DNA from: Raillietiella orientalis
Lineage: Eukaryota
Direction: 5' to 3'
DNA length: 64,000 nt
NCBI GenBank assembly: GCA_036172245.1
Contig: JAYWIR010000012.1
Span: 4,340,001-4,404,000, forward strand
Part shown: piece after piece, positions 12,286 through 25,400 of the stretch
Numbering within the stretch: position 1 is the stretch's first letter
Layout of the letters: each line of letters opens with the position of its first letter
Position numbers and translations under genes: made by a program
Notes under the pieces: generated by a model
Database searches by the model: none
What the model was told of the DNA's origin: nothing
The model's input: only the letters and a program-made list of their open reading frames with translations

Positions 12286-14418
12286 ATTCAACCACTACCT
12301 ACTGGACTGCGCGGTCTCCCCACTACTACGGGTCAACCCGGGTGTCAAAGAGGATCGCATATGACCCGGCCGGCCGGAGCTCAGAGCACAGAAGAAGGAG
12401 GGGAGAGAAAGGAAGGGAGAAAAAGGAGGAAGAGAGGGAGGAGAGGGGAGGTGGTCTTCACGAGTGACAACATACCCTCCTCCCTCCGGCTCTGCCTGTC
12501 CTGCTCCCGATGGGCCGGACGGGGTGACGTTTGCCTCCGGGGATTTTCCCGCCTCCTCGCTCGTCTCAGGGCTCGCCCCTCCTGACCTCGGTCGCCGCCA
12601 CTGAACGGCGAGACTGCCGGAGGCGTTCGCGCTGCTCCCTTCGGCTGCTGCTTCTCCTTGCCCGTGTTCCGCGCGCACCTCTAGGAGGTCGCGACCTCGT
12701 CGGTGGGAAAGCGGGGTTCCCGGGATCTTTCCTCTGGAAGGAGGAAAGGAGGTGAGGCACGAGAGCGGAGCCCGCGATTCTCTCGCCAGGAGAGAGTTAC
12801 AGGATGACTGACCTCGGTTTCCCACGGCGATTTGCGTGTCTCAGCCGACGGGCGGAGACGCGCCGCGCGCGCGAGGGGAGGGGGAGGGGAAGCGTCGCGC
12901 GGCTAAATTTAGATGCGAGGAGCACCCGCCCGCGAGGTGTCGCCAAGGTCACGCAAAGCTGAAGACACCACTCCCAGGAGCTCGTGGCGTCGGAAGGAAC
13001 CGCCGTCGCGCGGTTTCGTGACGTCATCTCCCCGTCGTGCTCGATCGCGTCTCCTCCCCTTCTGTTGGAGACGAGAGAGAGAGAAGGGGGGGGGGGGTCG
13101 AAAATTCCCAGTCAATTTCCTCTGTCCCGGAATGCAGCACCCGATCGTGACCACGGTGGTGGCGTTTCGCCTTCGGGTGGATCCTCCCCCGAAGAACGCG
13201 CCAGGAGGGCAGGTGCAGACGGACGGGGGAACCCCGAGAGGGTCTTCGGCCAGAAGATGCGAAGACCTGCGCAGAGGGACTGCGCCCTGGCAACGCGCGG
13301 GAGCTCTGCCACGCTCGAGCGGAGTCTATAGAAAGAAGAGGAGAGATTCCTTCTCCGGTCGTCCTGCAGCACCTTCCATTCGACGCCACGAACTCCTCCC
13401 CCCCCCCCTGGAGGGGACCATCCGGGGTGCCCTGCTTTCCGCTGCACTTGGACTCCGCGCCGCCCTGGAGAAAAGGGAGGTCGAAGGAGATCTAAGGAGC
13501 CTCACTCCCCTAAAGGGAGTAGGGGCACTGCCCGTGGTGCGTCCGGAGGGCTTTCCCTGCCTAGGGTCGTCAGAGGAAGGGAGGAAGAATGGAAGGGAAA
13601 GAGGAGGAGGGGCATGGAGGAAAAAAGGAAGAGGAAGAGAAAAAGAAAGAGGAGAAGGAGGAGGAAAGGTGGAGGAAAACGTGAGGTGTTCGTGGCGTCG
13701 GCGCCTGCGAGGACTTTGCGCCGGGTGCTGGGAAGAGGAGGAAGGGGGAGCAGGCTGCATCCTGAAACTCTTCGTCCGACTCCCCCACTGACTCTTCCCG
13801 CTTCCCCTCAGCGGAAAGAGCCGACAGGAGCCCCCGCGATCCAAAGACCTCCTACCGAGACTGCGGGGAAAGCGGAATTCACCTGGGGTTCCTGGAACGC
13901 TGCGCGCGAGGCGGTCGCGTCAGGAGATGCTGCCGCCCCCTGCTGGGAACACCTGCGGAACAGCGCGAAAAGAGCGGCGGTGGTGGCGTCCCGCATGAGG
14001 TCGCTCGCTCGCCCGGAACGATGGCGCGCCGTTCAGGATGGGGAAGAGGGGAGAAGGCGGATAACTTGGGTCCCCGTGAGCCGGATGTTATGCTGGAGGG
14101 AAGCGTTGGCACCGCGTCCTGCTCCGCCCCCGTCGCCCGCAGCGGACGTCCAAAGCGACTGCGCGAGAGGCGTGCGGGAGCGAGCGGGGGCGACGCCCTC
14201 GGTCACCGTGGGATCCCGGGAAGGGCAGGAGCGTTGACTTCCCGCCCCTTGTCTCGCTACTCGCTTCGAAGGATTCCTATGGAGACTGGGTCAGACTCCC
14301 CTGAGCGGCCCCATCCTACCTCCAGTCCCTGAGAACCGATTTTTCCGGGACCCGGGACGGGGTCACAGGCGTCCGTCGCCGTGGAGGGACACATGGAAGG
14401 GGGGAGGTGGATCGGGAG

Positions 14419-14728
14419 GTTCGGATGCAAGAGCGAGGGCAACCGGAGGTCTCCTCGTTGCCATGGATCCTCTCCCGGATCGCTTCCGCGTCGCAGCAAA
14501 GGCGCCCTCAGGGCCACTCGAGGAGGCGGAGAGAAGCCGTCGTGGGTGCCACACTGTGGCTCAGAGGATGTAGGGAACAGCTTGCCGAGAGGTACTGAGC
14601 GTGGGGACTCCGGGAGCAAACTGGCGGTGGGAGGGTGTGAGCGACCTTTTCTGTGCCGCGGAGGCGACCCGGGAGAAGATCCATGGCAACGGGGAGATGT
14701 CTGGTTGCCTTCGCTCTTGCATACGAAC
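14419..14728. repeat. ~90-bp inverted repeat with ~127-bp spacer (foldback)
   Basis: 14419-14510 (gttcggatgcaagagcgagggcaacc...gttgccatggatcctctcccgg...) pairs with 14638-14728 (...ccgggagaagatccatggcaac...ggttgccttcgctcttgcatacgaac); about a dozen differences. Confidence 0.92.
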
Positions 14729-17199
14729 TTCGTGGCGCCTCATCTCCTTCCTCCCTTCCTCCTCCTCTTCCTCTCTTTTCCCTCGTCCTCCTCCGACTCT
14801 TCCTCCCTACCCTTTCTCCCCTCTCCTCTTCCTCCTTCTATCTCCCTTACCCTCCTTTCCTCCTTCTGTCCTCTTCCCTCCTCCTCCCCCCTCCTCCCTC
14901 CCTTACTTTCGCCTTTCCGCCTTTATCCCCGGGATCATCGCTTTTTGCGCGCTCTCACGGGACCACTGGTGGCGGCGCCAGTCGGCTGCCAGCATCTGTT
15001 ACTCCTCCCTCCTCCAGTCGGGTCAGCGTGACGTCACGCGTACGCAGAGGAAGGCGGGAAGCCGCGAGAGGGAGCGAGGCGCGCTCCTGGGAGACGAAGA
15101 CGCGCCGCTCGTTGCTGCAAGCGCGGCGGCCGCCGCCGGAGCAAGCGTCACCGGTCGCGAAGAGCCCGTCGGGGTGTTCGTCCGGTAGAATCCCAGGAAG
15201 CCTCCTGACGGCCCCAGCGAGGGGGAAGAACGGGCTGTTTCTGAACTCGGGGCTGGGCCTGTCTGATCTTGGGGAAGGCTGCTGTGGGAGGGTAGAAAGG
15301 GATGATGACGAGGACGATCCGGAAGAGGGAGACGAAGGGCAGCACGAAGCTTGGGGGGAGGCGAAGGGATCCCTTGTTCGGCGAAATCATTCCAAGGGAA
15401 CGAAAGAGGGAAGGACAAAAGGAAAAAGGAAGCGAACGGGGCATTCTCCCTGCTGTTCCCAGCACACGCTGGCGGCGGGACTCTGGCATAAGGAGAGGGG
15501 GGTAGGGGAGACCCGAATGTCTGGCCGCCCACCTCACGTTGTGGTCCCGGGAGGATGGGGGTGTATTCCGGGAAGAGGAGGACGGGAAAGAGCTGCCTGC
15601 CCCGATCGAGACGACGGCAACAGACCCACGCGGACCCGCCGCGTCTCCCCCCCCCTCCCCATCCTCTCCCCGACCTCCTACTCGGTCGGTCAGTCCTTCG
15701 CGAAGGTCTGCCTCCGGCAAGGATCGCCACGCGGGGTCTTCTCGGCCGGTCACGCGCGCGCTTCCCCTGCGGGCAGAGTGGTGGTTCACCTCCTTCCCAC
15801 CCATGGAGCCACGAGAGAACTCCCGAACTGAAGCCTTCACCTCGTCGGAGGCGGGGACCTTGTGGAGATGGGAGACGGAAAGAATGAGTGGGATATGAAA
15901 GGGGTTCGTCCGCAAGCGGTCTCTCTGGAGGGTGCCTCGGGTATGGGCGCTGAGTGTCACTTGGCCTAAGGGGATGGATCGGGAGGAGTCCCAGGACCTC
16001 CATGCCCCTGCACACGGCGCTCACCCAGTGGTGGCTGTCGGACCAGTGGGACGCTGGGAGATCAGATGCAAAAAGAAGAGGAGGAAGAGGAAAAGCAGGG
16101 GAGGAGGGAGAGGAAGAGGAGGAGGAAAAAGAAAGAAAAGGAGGGTATAAGAGGGAGGAGCAGGAGGAGGAAATGCGCCATCGAAGTGGACGCCATCGGC
16201 TCTGCAAAGGGGGAAAGCATGAGGGACGAGGGACGGGGCGTGGGTGGAAGGAGAGTGGATGATCGAGCAGGAGAGGACAGCAGCAGCAGCAGCAGCAGCG
16301 GTCCTCCTGCTCAAGGTGCCTTCCACCAAGCCGCTCGGGCTGTCGCGGCGTCCTTTGGTTCTCTTTGGCGCGCGCTGAGGGAGAGGAGAGGGACGCTTCC
16401 CGGATGGACGCGATGGAAACTCTCCCTGCGGGGCGCTTCCAAGCGACGGTTCCTACGCCGCTCCCTCCTCGGAAGGACGGGCATTCTTTGGCGAGCTCCA
16501 AAGTCCCCTTCCCCCTCGCTGCCTCGGCGTCGTCCCCCTCGCTTGAGTTCAGCGGGGAGGAGGAGGCCGCCGTGACGCTGCTGCTGCGGCGGCGGCTGTT
16601 TTTCCCCCTGCCGTCTGCTCTCTTCCGACCCTCCGAGGAGCGCCAACTGGCGCCTCGGAAAGGCCGACCTGCAGCCATCTGCGCGCGTCCTCGGAGGGCG
16701 CCCGAGGAGGGACGACGCACTCCTGGAAAACAGACTGTCCCGTGCACCGCCATCTTGGGGAGCACGCCGCGTTCTCGGTGCTCCGGGAAGATAGGAGCAA
16801 GTTGCTTGGGATGCGAAGGAAAGGAGTTGGGCTGCAGCTACACTGCCTGGCGTCCCGGAAGAGGGCGGGGTCTCGCGAGAGGGAGAAAGGGTCCGGTTCT
16901 TGGCCACCCCAAGAGCCCTCCAGGAGAGGGCAAAGGGGGGAGCAAGAGGCAAGCGGTTTCTTGAACCCTCCACCCACCCACAAGAATGAGCAGGACCGCG
17001 AAGGGGGAGGGGGACCCGCAGCCAGGACCCACGACGGCTCCAGCTTGGGTGCATCGTGGTCCCCATCTTATCGAGAAGTGAGGGCTGCACCACGCATGCT
17101 CCCTCACCGCCGTCGAGCCGAAGGTATCTCCCGTTGCCCCACCCTGCCCGCAGTACCCCCGGAGCGCCACCAGCCTCAGTCCAATGGCGGCGACCTGAC

Positions 17200-18888
17200 C
17201 GCGCGCACCAGGCGCTTCATATTCTTGCGCGCAAGAATGCCATCAAGAGGGTCGCAAAAGGATGATTCCCTTCGTTCGGATGTCCCTATCCGAACCTCAT
17301 TCTTCCCTGAGTGCGCAATGTGCACGTACTATCTGCACCGTACTTCAGCGAAGAAGCACTGCAGTGACAGCTGGCGGCACCGCGTTGAAGTCTGCATGTC
17401 AAATGGCGCATCGCGATGAGGTGTGGCGCATCCTGAATTTTTGTGTACACGCACAAACTTGTGTACAGGACGGGTTCCGCTCTCAATGGGGCCGTCGGTG
17501 CAGCCGTTCAGTCGGGACGAATCCTCGAGGACGAAGCTTTGAGCCTTCCTCCGCCTATTTGGGGCGCCGTGCCGCTTTTCCATCAGGACGGGAGACCATG
17601 GCATACGCTGAATGGGGGTGGAATGAGGACGGGAGGGAGGGTGAGAAAGACTTCCAGAACGTGGGGGCGGGTGAGGCGGTGGGAGTGTGCCATAGTGGAA
17701 ATCAAGAGAACGCCTGCTGTCTCCCGGTAGCCATGCGGCGCACCCCGATTGAGGATTCTTGAAAAGAACCCCGCTTGAATTTTCACCTGCCGGTGCAGCA
17801 TCCCTGGAGCAAGTAGCGGTGGATGCGGTGATCATGAAAGCACACGCATACACATAGAAGGCTCTGCACCACGGGAAGCTGGTGATGGACCCCACCCTGG
17901 ACGCTATTGAAGAAAGGCCATCGACCCCATCTTCAGTGGCCGCGGAGGTGCGTGGCTGAGTTGGTCTTCTCCAGGAAGCAGCGTCCGTCGCAACAGCTCC
18001 ACGGTGGGGAAAATGGAAGGAAGGGAACAGGGGGTGGGGGTGGGGGAGAAGCAGCACCGGCGACCATGCGGAAGACGGAAGGGAACGAAGATCGCGAGGA
18101 TGCAAACCCCTGGGGGCATCCTGTCTGCACACCACAAAGGGGAGCTGGAGGCCGGGGAAAGCGACCGAGGTGACTCACGAGAAGCACGGAATCTTACTGT
18201 TGGATTTCCGGCGCTGCCTCTCCTCTCCTCAAGGATTCGGCATTTTTGCTGTTGCACTAAGGTCTCCCAGGCAACGCCCTTCGAAGCCACCTGGACCCGA
18301 AAGAGCACAAACCCCAAATGTTGCGTGAGGGTGGATTGAGAATGCTTCCCGTGCTTGCTTGCAGATTGTGTTACCCACCAGCCACTTTGGGAACGTTCCG
18401 AGACATCTTGTGGATCCCGGTCCCCGACCCTAGGGACGTTTTTCAAAGCTACCTCGAGCGGGAAGCTCTGCCGTCAGCTGCACCGTTAGCTGTTTGATGC
18501 CTTCGCGGATTGTGACGGCTCAGATAGAGGCCGGACAAGGACGCCACCCTCCTCCCCATCCGCTTTCTGCCGATGGCAACAAGATGGCTGCACCTGGGAT
18601 CAATGCAGCAGGAACATTCCGGCATCCTTGGGAGGATGCAGAGGACGCCAGACTACAGGCAGTGATGATCCCTTTCCCCCTTATAACCTGAAAGTCTTCT
18701 TTTTTTGTTTTTTTTTCCACCTATTTCTTAATCTTTATTTTGTTCCTTTTTGTTTATCCTCTTCCCCTCGGTCGCTAAGGCGCACTCGCCTGCCGCCATT
18801 TTAACAATTCCAGGTTCGCGCGGACATGAGCATTGTTGTGCGTCCATTTTGAGAAAACAAACGCCCCGGCGCGACCTGCGTGGAAACC
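17200..18888 (+). mobile_element. Decayed L1/Tx1-like LINE, RT through C-terminus and 3' UTR
   Basis: RGSQKDDSL (~17246, cf. RGxxQGDPL), LLLH*GLPGNA and CLLADCVTHQPLWER (zf-RVT/CCHC region), ATRWLHLGSMQQEHSGILGRMQRT matching the 43.9-kb copy, then a T-rich UTR and the terminal motif at 18856-18888. Confidence 0.7.
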
Positions 18889-19204
18889 GACGCTGCTTCG
18901 CAAGGGAAGGCGGCCCACCCCGGGGCTGACCTGGCACACGCGCCGGCGATCGGAAGGATGCAGCAAGGCGCATCCCGCCGATGGCCGCCGGGAAGCAACA
19001 AACGGTCGCAGCAGCAAGCGCGAGGTAGGTCGAACGCTTCCCTCGAACCTGACGTGCAATTTGCTCGAACGGCATTCGACTGGGGGGGGGGAGGAAGGGA
19101 GGGGGCAGCCGCATCCTCCTAACCTGCGCCGATGGGGCGTTGTTGAGGGAAAAACGGAAGCGGCTCGACAGGAAGAGCCCTCGGGCGTTAAACGTCCCGC
19201 TCCA

Positions 19205-19382
19205 GTTCGCTATTATTTTTTCTTTCTTTCTCCCCCCCCCCATCCTCCTCGGCTGCCGAGAAGAGTCGAGCCGGTCTGGGTACCGGCGACCCGGCAGGTC
19301 TTATGTTGTTTTGGCCGTAGTGGGGCCTTGTACCACGAATATAGAGAGTTTATTAAACGCTCCGGCGTGACCGGGTGGCAAC
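19205..19382 (+). mobile_element. Additional LINE 3'-UTR/terminus copy
   Basis: Pyrimidine tract followed by attaaacgctccggcgtgaccgggtggcaac (19352-19382). Confidence 0.6.
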
Positions 19383-20519
19383 TCCAGTCCGCTACTACCA
19401 CTCAGCCGAATGCAGAACTGGTGAAATGCCAGCGTGCGAACAAAAACCCGTGCCTCAAGCTGTGACTTTTTCCTGCCTTTCTGACTGTCCCCATGTGACC
19501 TCTCACAACAGAGGCGGTCTCTCAATTGGTCCGCATCGTACTGGCATCCTGGCGTGCCGCAGGCAGGGATCCGCTGCTTACATACCAACGAGGAAGCCCG
19601 ATAGTTGAAAATCCAGGCATGCTTTTTTTGTACACGTACGTATTTGAATCGTACACGAATCCATGCGCACGTGCGGATTCGGCTTAAATACGGTACAGTA
19701 AGTACGCAAAGCTTGGAGCTCATGAATCTTGCCGCCGGGGTGTTTTCTGCTGCCGCCAGGACCACCCCATACCGACGGCGGCACTTCCTCTGCAGAAGGC
19801 GGTCACCGCAGGGAGCAGCGCGGTGCGTCTTGGAGGGAGCGCCAGCAGCAAGCACTCCTGAAGACCGTCCCTTCTAATGGAACGGGAGGGGAGGGGAGAA
19901 ACGGATAATCGGGAGCCGCGCAGGAGAACGAAGTGCGGCTAGTGAGTGACAAGAGAGGATCGTTGCCAGAGGAGAACGGCAGGGCGAAGAGTCGGCGCTG
20001 CTGACGACGACCTTCGAGGCGTCATTGCCGGTCTGCCAGTGCGGCAGGCCGACGAGGAGGCTGACGAACAGGCGGCAGTCCCAAGCGCGACCTCGGACAT
20101 GCAGCCAACCCGGATGAGTCCGATGGCGGATCACGAGCGACCGCGCCAATCCCGGAGGTGGATGCGCCGCCACCCACCTCCGGGATTGGCACGGCTCCGC
20201 CAGGTGAGTCGGTGCATAGCGCGCTGCTTATTCCCGTGAATGACAGCACCCTGCTGCCTTTGGCAACCGACAAGGGGGTGCGGCGAGACTTCTATGCCGG
20301 AGCGCGCGCCGTAATGCCATGTTCGGCTCACCCCCGCAGCTCCGGTTCTGCTCACCTGCGATAGACCCACCGACAGGTTCGGGTAAGCTGGGTCTCTTCC
20401 CCGTTTAAAGATCGAGGAGAGGTTGAGCTCATCCCTATCCCAAGCTTCAGATCACCTTCTTCACCCTGAAGAGGACCCACCCCTCTTCCCTCTTCAGCGA
20501 GCGCCAACTATGCTGACCT

Positions 20520-21806
20520 GACGGCGGTGGTGGTGCACGGATGATAGTGAAGGTGCGGGTTGGCTGTTGACGAGGGCCCGCGTCGGCGGACGTGTGGCCG
20601 GGATTGAGAGTCAACCCTCGGGGTACTTCCAGGAATCAAGGAGCCCTTCAGAGTTTCCTTCCGGTTGCGAAGATGAATCCGTATTCTCTCCCCCCCGGGT
20701 GGATCCTCCAGTGCGTACCACGGAGCTGGTGGGTTGATGACACCTCTCCAGAGTGTGTCAAGAAGCGCGCCTCTCTCCGAAAGAGCAGAGAAACTTGGAA
20801 GCGTCCCTTCGGGGTCCTCTTCCGAGGAGGAGACAAGGAGCTGGTTTTCCGGAGAAGAAATTCCGGGAGAGTCTCCTTTCCGCGTTCCTTCCGGAGAAGA
20901 AGCAATGGAGCGGCCCACTCCGGGGAGAATGAGGAAAATGTTCCCTTCAGGGTCCCCTTCGGAGATAACAAAGGCGACGGTTCCGTTCAGCATTGACGGC
21001 GGCGACGACGAGGAGGAGGACGAGTAATCTTCGGAGGCAACCAGCGACGCTATGTGGTTCGCTTCCACTTCCTCTCAACCCAGCTGCCAGTGGCCCACCC
21101 GGATAGTGCGCCCAAGGTGCACCATGTGGAGCGGGTGGTTTATCACTCGGATTTGCTGGGGCATTTATTATAGAAATAATAAAATTACATTGTAATTGTC
21201 GTTTGGTGAACAATTTGGTTCACCATACGACAATTCAACTTATGGGTCACGGTCTGTAGACCGGCGAGATCCGTTCTCGCGGCGAAGGGGGAGGGAAGAC
21301 CATGAACAAAATAAACAGAAAAATGAAAAAATGGGGAGGGAGATGTTTCTTGGGGAGGGGACGGATCACTGTTCGTCTGAAGACGTCCTCTATATCTGGA
21401 TGCCGACAACTTGCGTTCTTACACTGCCCAGGTGGGGCCACCTGGATGCGGTCCTCAAAAAGATCCGTGTCCAGTGATGGCGTCCCTGCCATTCTGCCCT
21501 CTTCTTGTGTTCCAGGTTGCCACGATTCCGCGAATGCAGCCGAGAAGGACCGCTAGGGACGCGGCTGGAGGAAGATGGGGTGGTAGGACGCGACACAGAA
21601 GAGTTATGCGCAACCGAAAGGGTCTGGGGTCGCCCCACGGTCGCCATGCGACGTCCACCTCGGAGTCGGCCCCTTCCCGGGGAATTCGAACCCGCGAGCG
21701 CAATGTGCAACAAGTGCGGACGCCGTGGCCACACGTCCGCCGACGCGGGGGGGGTAAGGGGGGGTCTTTACGACCACGTCAGGGTCATCCGCAGACCTCC
21801 ACCGCA
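20520..21806. repeat. Inverted homologous pair (20520-20599 vs 21727-21806) with perfect 23-bp core
   Basis: 20577-20599 cccgcgtcggcggacgtgtggcc is the exact reverse complement of 21727-21749; gcggtggtggtgcacggatga vs gcggtggaggtctgcggatga align upstream. Confidence 0.85.
21137..21806 (-). mobile_element. Decayed LINE 3' end (same family)
   Basis: ASLAVLLGCIRGIVATWNTRRGQNGRDAI and [10 protein letters not shown] match [29 protein letters not shown]...[10 protein letters not shown] at 43.7-43.9 kb; terminal motif aataaatgccccagcaaatccgagtgataaacc on the minus strand at 21169-21137. Confidence 0.8.
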
Positions 21807-24800
21807 GTTCCGTCGAGCTCCGTGCATCGGCCGGACATCATCATAGCTTCCCCAGGAAACCCACGCACCACCACCACCACCTTCGCGGAACCCCCTTCGT
21901 CGTCGTCGATTTCCCATCCCATTTTGGGGGGGAAGGAAAAACAAGGAAGAAAGAAAACGCGACTTCCTGATAATCTTCGGGAGCCCGAGGGGAGATGCGT
22001 GATCTCTGGCGGGAGATTCCTCGGTCGGCACAGCGGAGGAGTCGGCAGTTTTCCACGCAAGACGAAAAAACGATTTTTTTTTTTTTTTTACGGCAAGTGG
22101 AGGGAAATTAAAGGCAAGGACAAAAAGGGAGGGGGGGAAGGGAAGTCCCGCTTCGATTTCGGATGCGAAGGACCAGCAAACAAATCAGCCCCTCTCCGGG
22201 TGCGGCGGCGAAGCCCCGCGCGCACTTCCCGCATCGGTCGCCCGGCCCATTTCCTCGAGTTTTATGGAGGATTCATCGGCTCCATCAAAAAGAGGAGGAG
22301 GAGGAAAAGAAGGAGGGGAAAAAAAAACACTCGAAGGGGATGAAATTCTGGGCGCGCAACGCATCAGGACCGAGACCTCAATGGACGCAAACAGAGAGCT
22401 TCCTACGGTATGGACCTTGGCGAGGAGCAAGCCGGGCCCCCTTCGCGCAGGACCCTCCCTGAGCGGACGGACTTCCGAGGGGAGCAGCGCGGGGTGGATT
22501 TCCCGCGCTCGCTCACGCAGTTTATTTATGCCGCGCGTCTCTGCCCATTTGCATTTACGATGGTGCGTATCCAAGCAATCGCATCCTTTTTTGGAAAAGG
22601 AGAGAGGAGGGGGGAAGATAACTGCGCGTCCCTTCCCTTTCGGCCGAGGAGCGTAATTGGAAAAGACTCCACTCCGGGACCGTTCGAGGGATCGGAAATT
22701 CCTTCCCGGGTATCTGGCACGTGCACTCCGCTCGAGGAGATGGTCGTCTTCCGTCCTCTCCTGAAGCAGTCGGCCGGCGTTTCGCTTCAGAGGAGCGGCA
22801 TCCGCGTCCCTGCTGACGCGAAAACATCCCGACACGCCGTAGCCAGGCATAGTTCAACAGCCATAGTCCCCCTCCCAATTAGATTTCCTATTTGATTTTT
22901 TGTGTGTTCCGGCGGCGTGGGGGCGGGTGGGGGAGAAGTCATCCGCGGATTTCGCCACCGAGGGCAGGGAAAAACCGCGTGCGCGTCCCTGTCCGCTCCG
23001 CGCAACGCTTGCCAGGGACACTCCCGGTACGCCTGTCGGTGGGGGGATTTGGCTGGCTGACTGGAATTCGGGTCGGGTCGGGGAGGATACCGCTTGGAGC
23101 GAAACACAACTGCGACGCTTCCCCGACGCCTTCGCCCCCACCGCCACCAGCGAGCGTCAAAGGTTCCGCCCCATAATCCATGCTTCTTGTTTTTGTGCTT
23201 CCTGCGTTTCCAGGCTTGGTGCGATTTCCTCCTTCCTCCATGGACTCGGATCCATGATGTCCACGTGCACAGGACGACCTGACAGCGACCGCAGGACGGC
23301 GGACGACAACGACGACGTGGGGGCCGGTGTCCCTCCGGATAATTTTTTTTTTTTCGTTGCGTGCCCTCAAGGCGGTGCAAGCGTGTCGGACTCTGCGTGC
23401 CTGCCTATCCTCATACCTGCACGGCACCGGGGACTGATAGCCACCTTAGATTGCAAGACGCATTAATGACGACGCCAGGCAGCACTCATGCGCCTCAACT
23501 GCCGATATCTCGGTGCCTCAGATTCTTTGATAAGGAGTGCATTTTTGGATACGCATTCTTCCTCATTAGATCGCTTTCTTAGTTCCAAACATCTTTGGGA
23601 TCGCAACCTTCGTTTTTTGGAGACTCGCTACTTGGAAGACATGATCCAGCGTGACCCGCAACGGAAATAGAAAGCAGAGACGTGCGTAATACAATGTATT
23701 GCATTGTATCACAATGCGATGCTGCACTACAGATGCGGTTTTTTCAAAACAAGGATTTTAATTGCTTCAAAACAAGGGTTTCCGCGGGATTCAGAAATCC
23801 CAGGAATGTTTCTGTTTGTTTGCCACTGGGATAGCTTACAGCGCACATCTATGAACCATGCCCCTTCCTGCTCTTTCTCCATCCCCCCTTTCTTTCGTGT
23901 GCAACAAATCTACGGAAGATATGAAAAACTCTTTGACAATCCCTATATAAGTTCATCAAGTCTTCCTATTTGCTCTTGCATTTTGCAGCAAAATAAATAA
24001 ATAAATAAGACCTGCAGCCTCAACCGCTTTCGGTACGATATTTTTCCCTTCGAATCACTTGTTTCAATAGGAACTACGATTTTTTTGAAGTATCTGCTGC
24101 ATATTATTGCAACTTAACCCACAACTTAATCAGCAAAGGGCAGTTGTGATGATAATCATCATGGTAACCAATGATCCCATGCTATGTTTCGAATTACCCT
24201 GATTCTTGAATTGAATTTCTTGGGAGAAAATGTGCCCATTTTCAGATGAAGCAAAAACCTACGCCACAGGAAAACAAGGAACTTACGGCGATGATACGCG
24301 GCCTCAGTTATCAGAGATCAGTTACTATTTGACGACCCTTTCATCGACCACGAAACGAATCATCGTAAACCCCCGTGGTGGACACTATCATCAACACCAA
24401 AAGTAGCACCAAACAGTAGCACCAAAAGTGTCAGTGGGGAATTTCCGATTGCTGCAGCATGTTTGCAAAAACCGAGAATGGCAGGATGCCGCCGCTCGTG
24501 GTCCAACAGAACCTCTGCTTTCCTCCAGAGACCGCCGTCGTCACACATTTGCCAACTGATTAAACAAACGCTGGTCTTTATCACTCACACGGTCTCTGAC
24601 AGGGCTGGTGACCACAGTTGTCAACGTATTCGAGATTACTCATTAACAGAAACAACTTGAAATGCACTAGTTGCAAACAAACATGTTTTAAGGTTTATAT
24701 TTGCTCACATGGACAGAACGCTCACATGGATTTCATGGAACAGATGAGGAGGAGGGGCAGCAGGGGTGACTGGGACCCTCGAAAATTATCAACCAACTGG

Positions 24801-24929
24801 GAAATAAGGAGACAGTTGTCTCCTTATGAGTCTCTGTCTCCTTAAGGAGACAGACTACGAGTTGACAAACGTTACTTCCAATAACAAAGCGGTAAATGAT
24901 CTCATGTTGACAGAACGCAATTATGTTCT

Positions 24930-25400
24930 AAAACAATGCATAAGTGTATGTGTCATGATAATGACTCCATCGAATGCACATCACCTGGAATCCGGGATAC
25001 ATCAAGGCTGAAAGAAAAAACCGCCGATTATTATTGGGGAAAGTTTGGCGGTGGTCAAGTAGACCATTGCAATGGCAATCCACTTCGTGTTATGTATTGT
25101 TTACATAAACATTTATCTCTTACATTGTTCGCCAGATTCAGTTTGCACTGCGACTGCTTATATATTTTATCCCCATCGGATAATAAAGTTCACCAACTCA
25201 GCAACTGTTGTAATAGCCAAACTCCACACAGCAGCTGATTTTTTCTGGAATGCAAAACTCAAATTCATCATCAGTCAAGCCTGTTTGCAAAAATCGAATC
25301 AGAAACTGGAATGATCCTGGTAAATGTTTGCTGAAAACGGGACCAAAGAAACCTCTACCGAATTTCAAATGCAGTCACTGACTCCCAGTTATTTTTACCG
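24930..25400 (+). mobile_element. Possible decayed LTR-retrotransposon integrase fragment
   Basis: SPGIRDTSRLKEKTADYYWGKF...CLH resembles the integrase Zn-binding region HPGIxxTxxxxxxxYYWPxM; FAENGTKETSTEF (~25327) resembles the rve core. Broken by stops. Confidence 0.35.

Noticed and set aside
19357..19377. LINE terminal motif as a 5S rRNA 3' fragment (Mutsu-like target; shares ACCGGGTG)
   Set aside because: Similarity is short, no further 5S sequence follows, and TSDs place the motif inside the element.
189..23466. Numerous long ORFs (up to 580 aa, e.g. 15023-16765, 7321-8733, 14653-15831)
   Set aside because: Arg/Pro/Gly/Ser-rich, overlapping in all six frames, with no domain motifs; expected from very high GC and low-complexity tracts.
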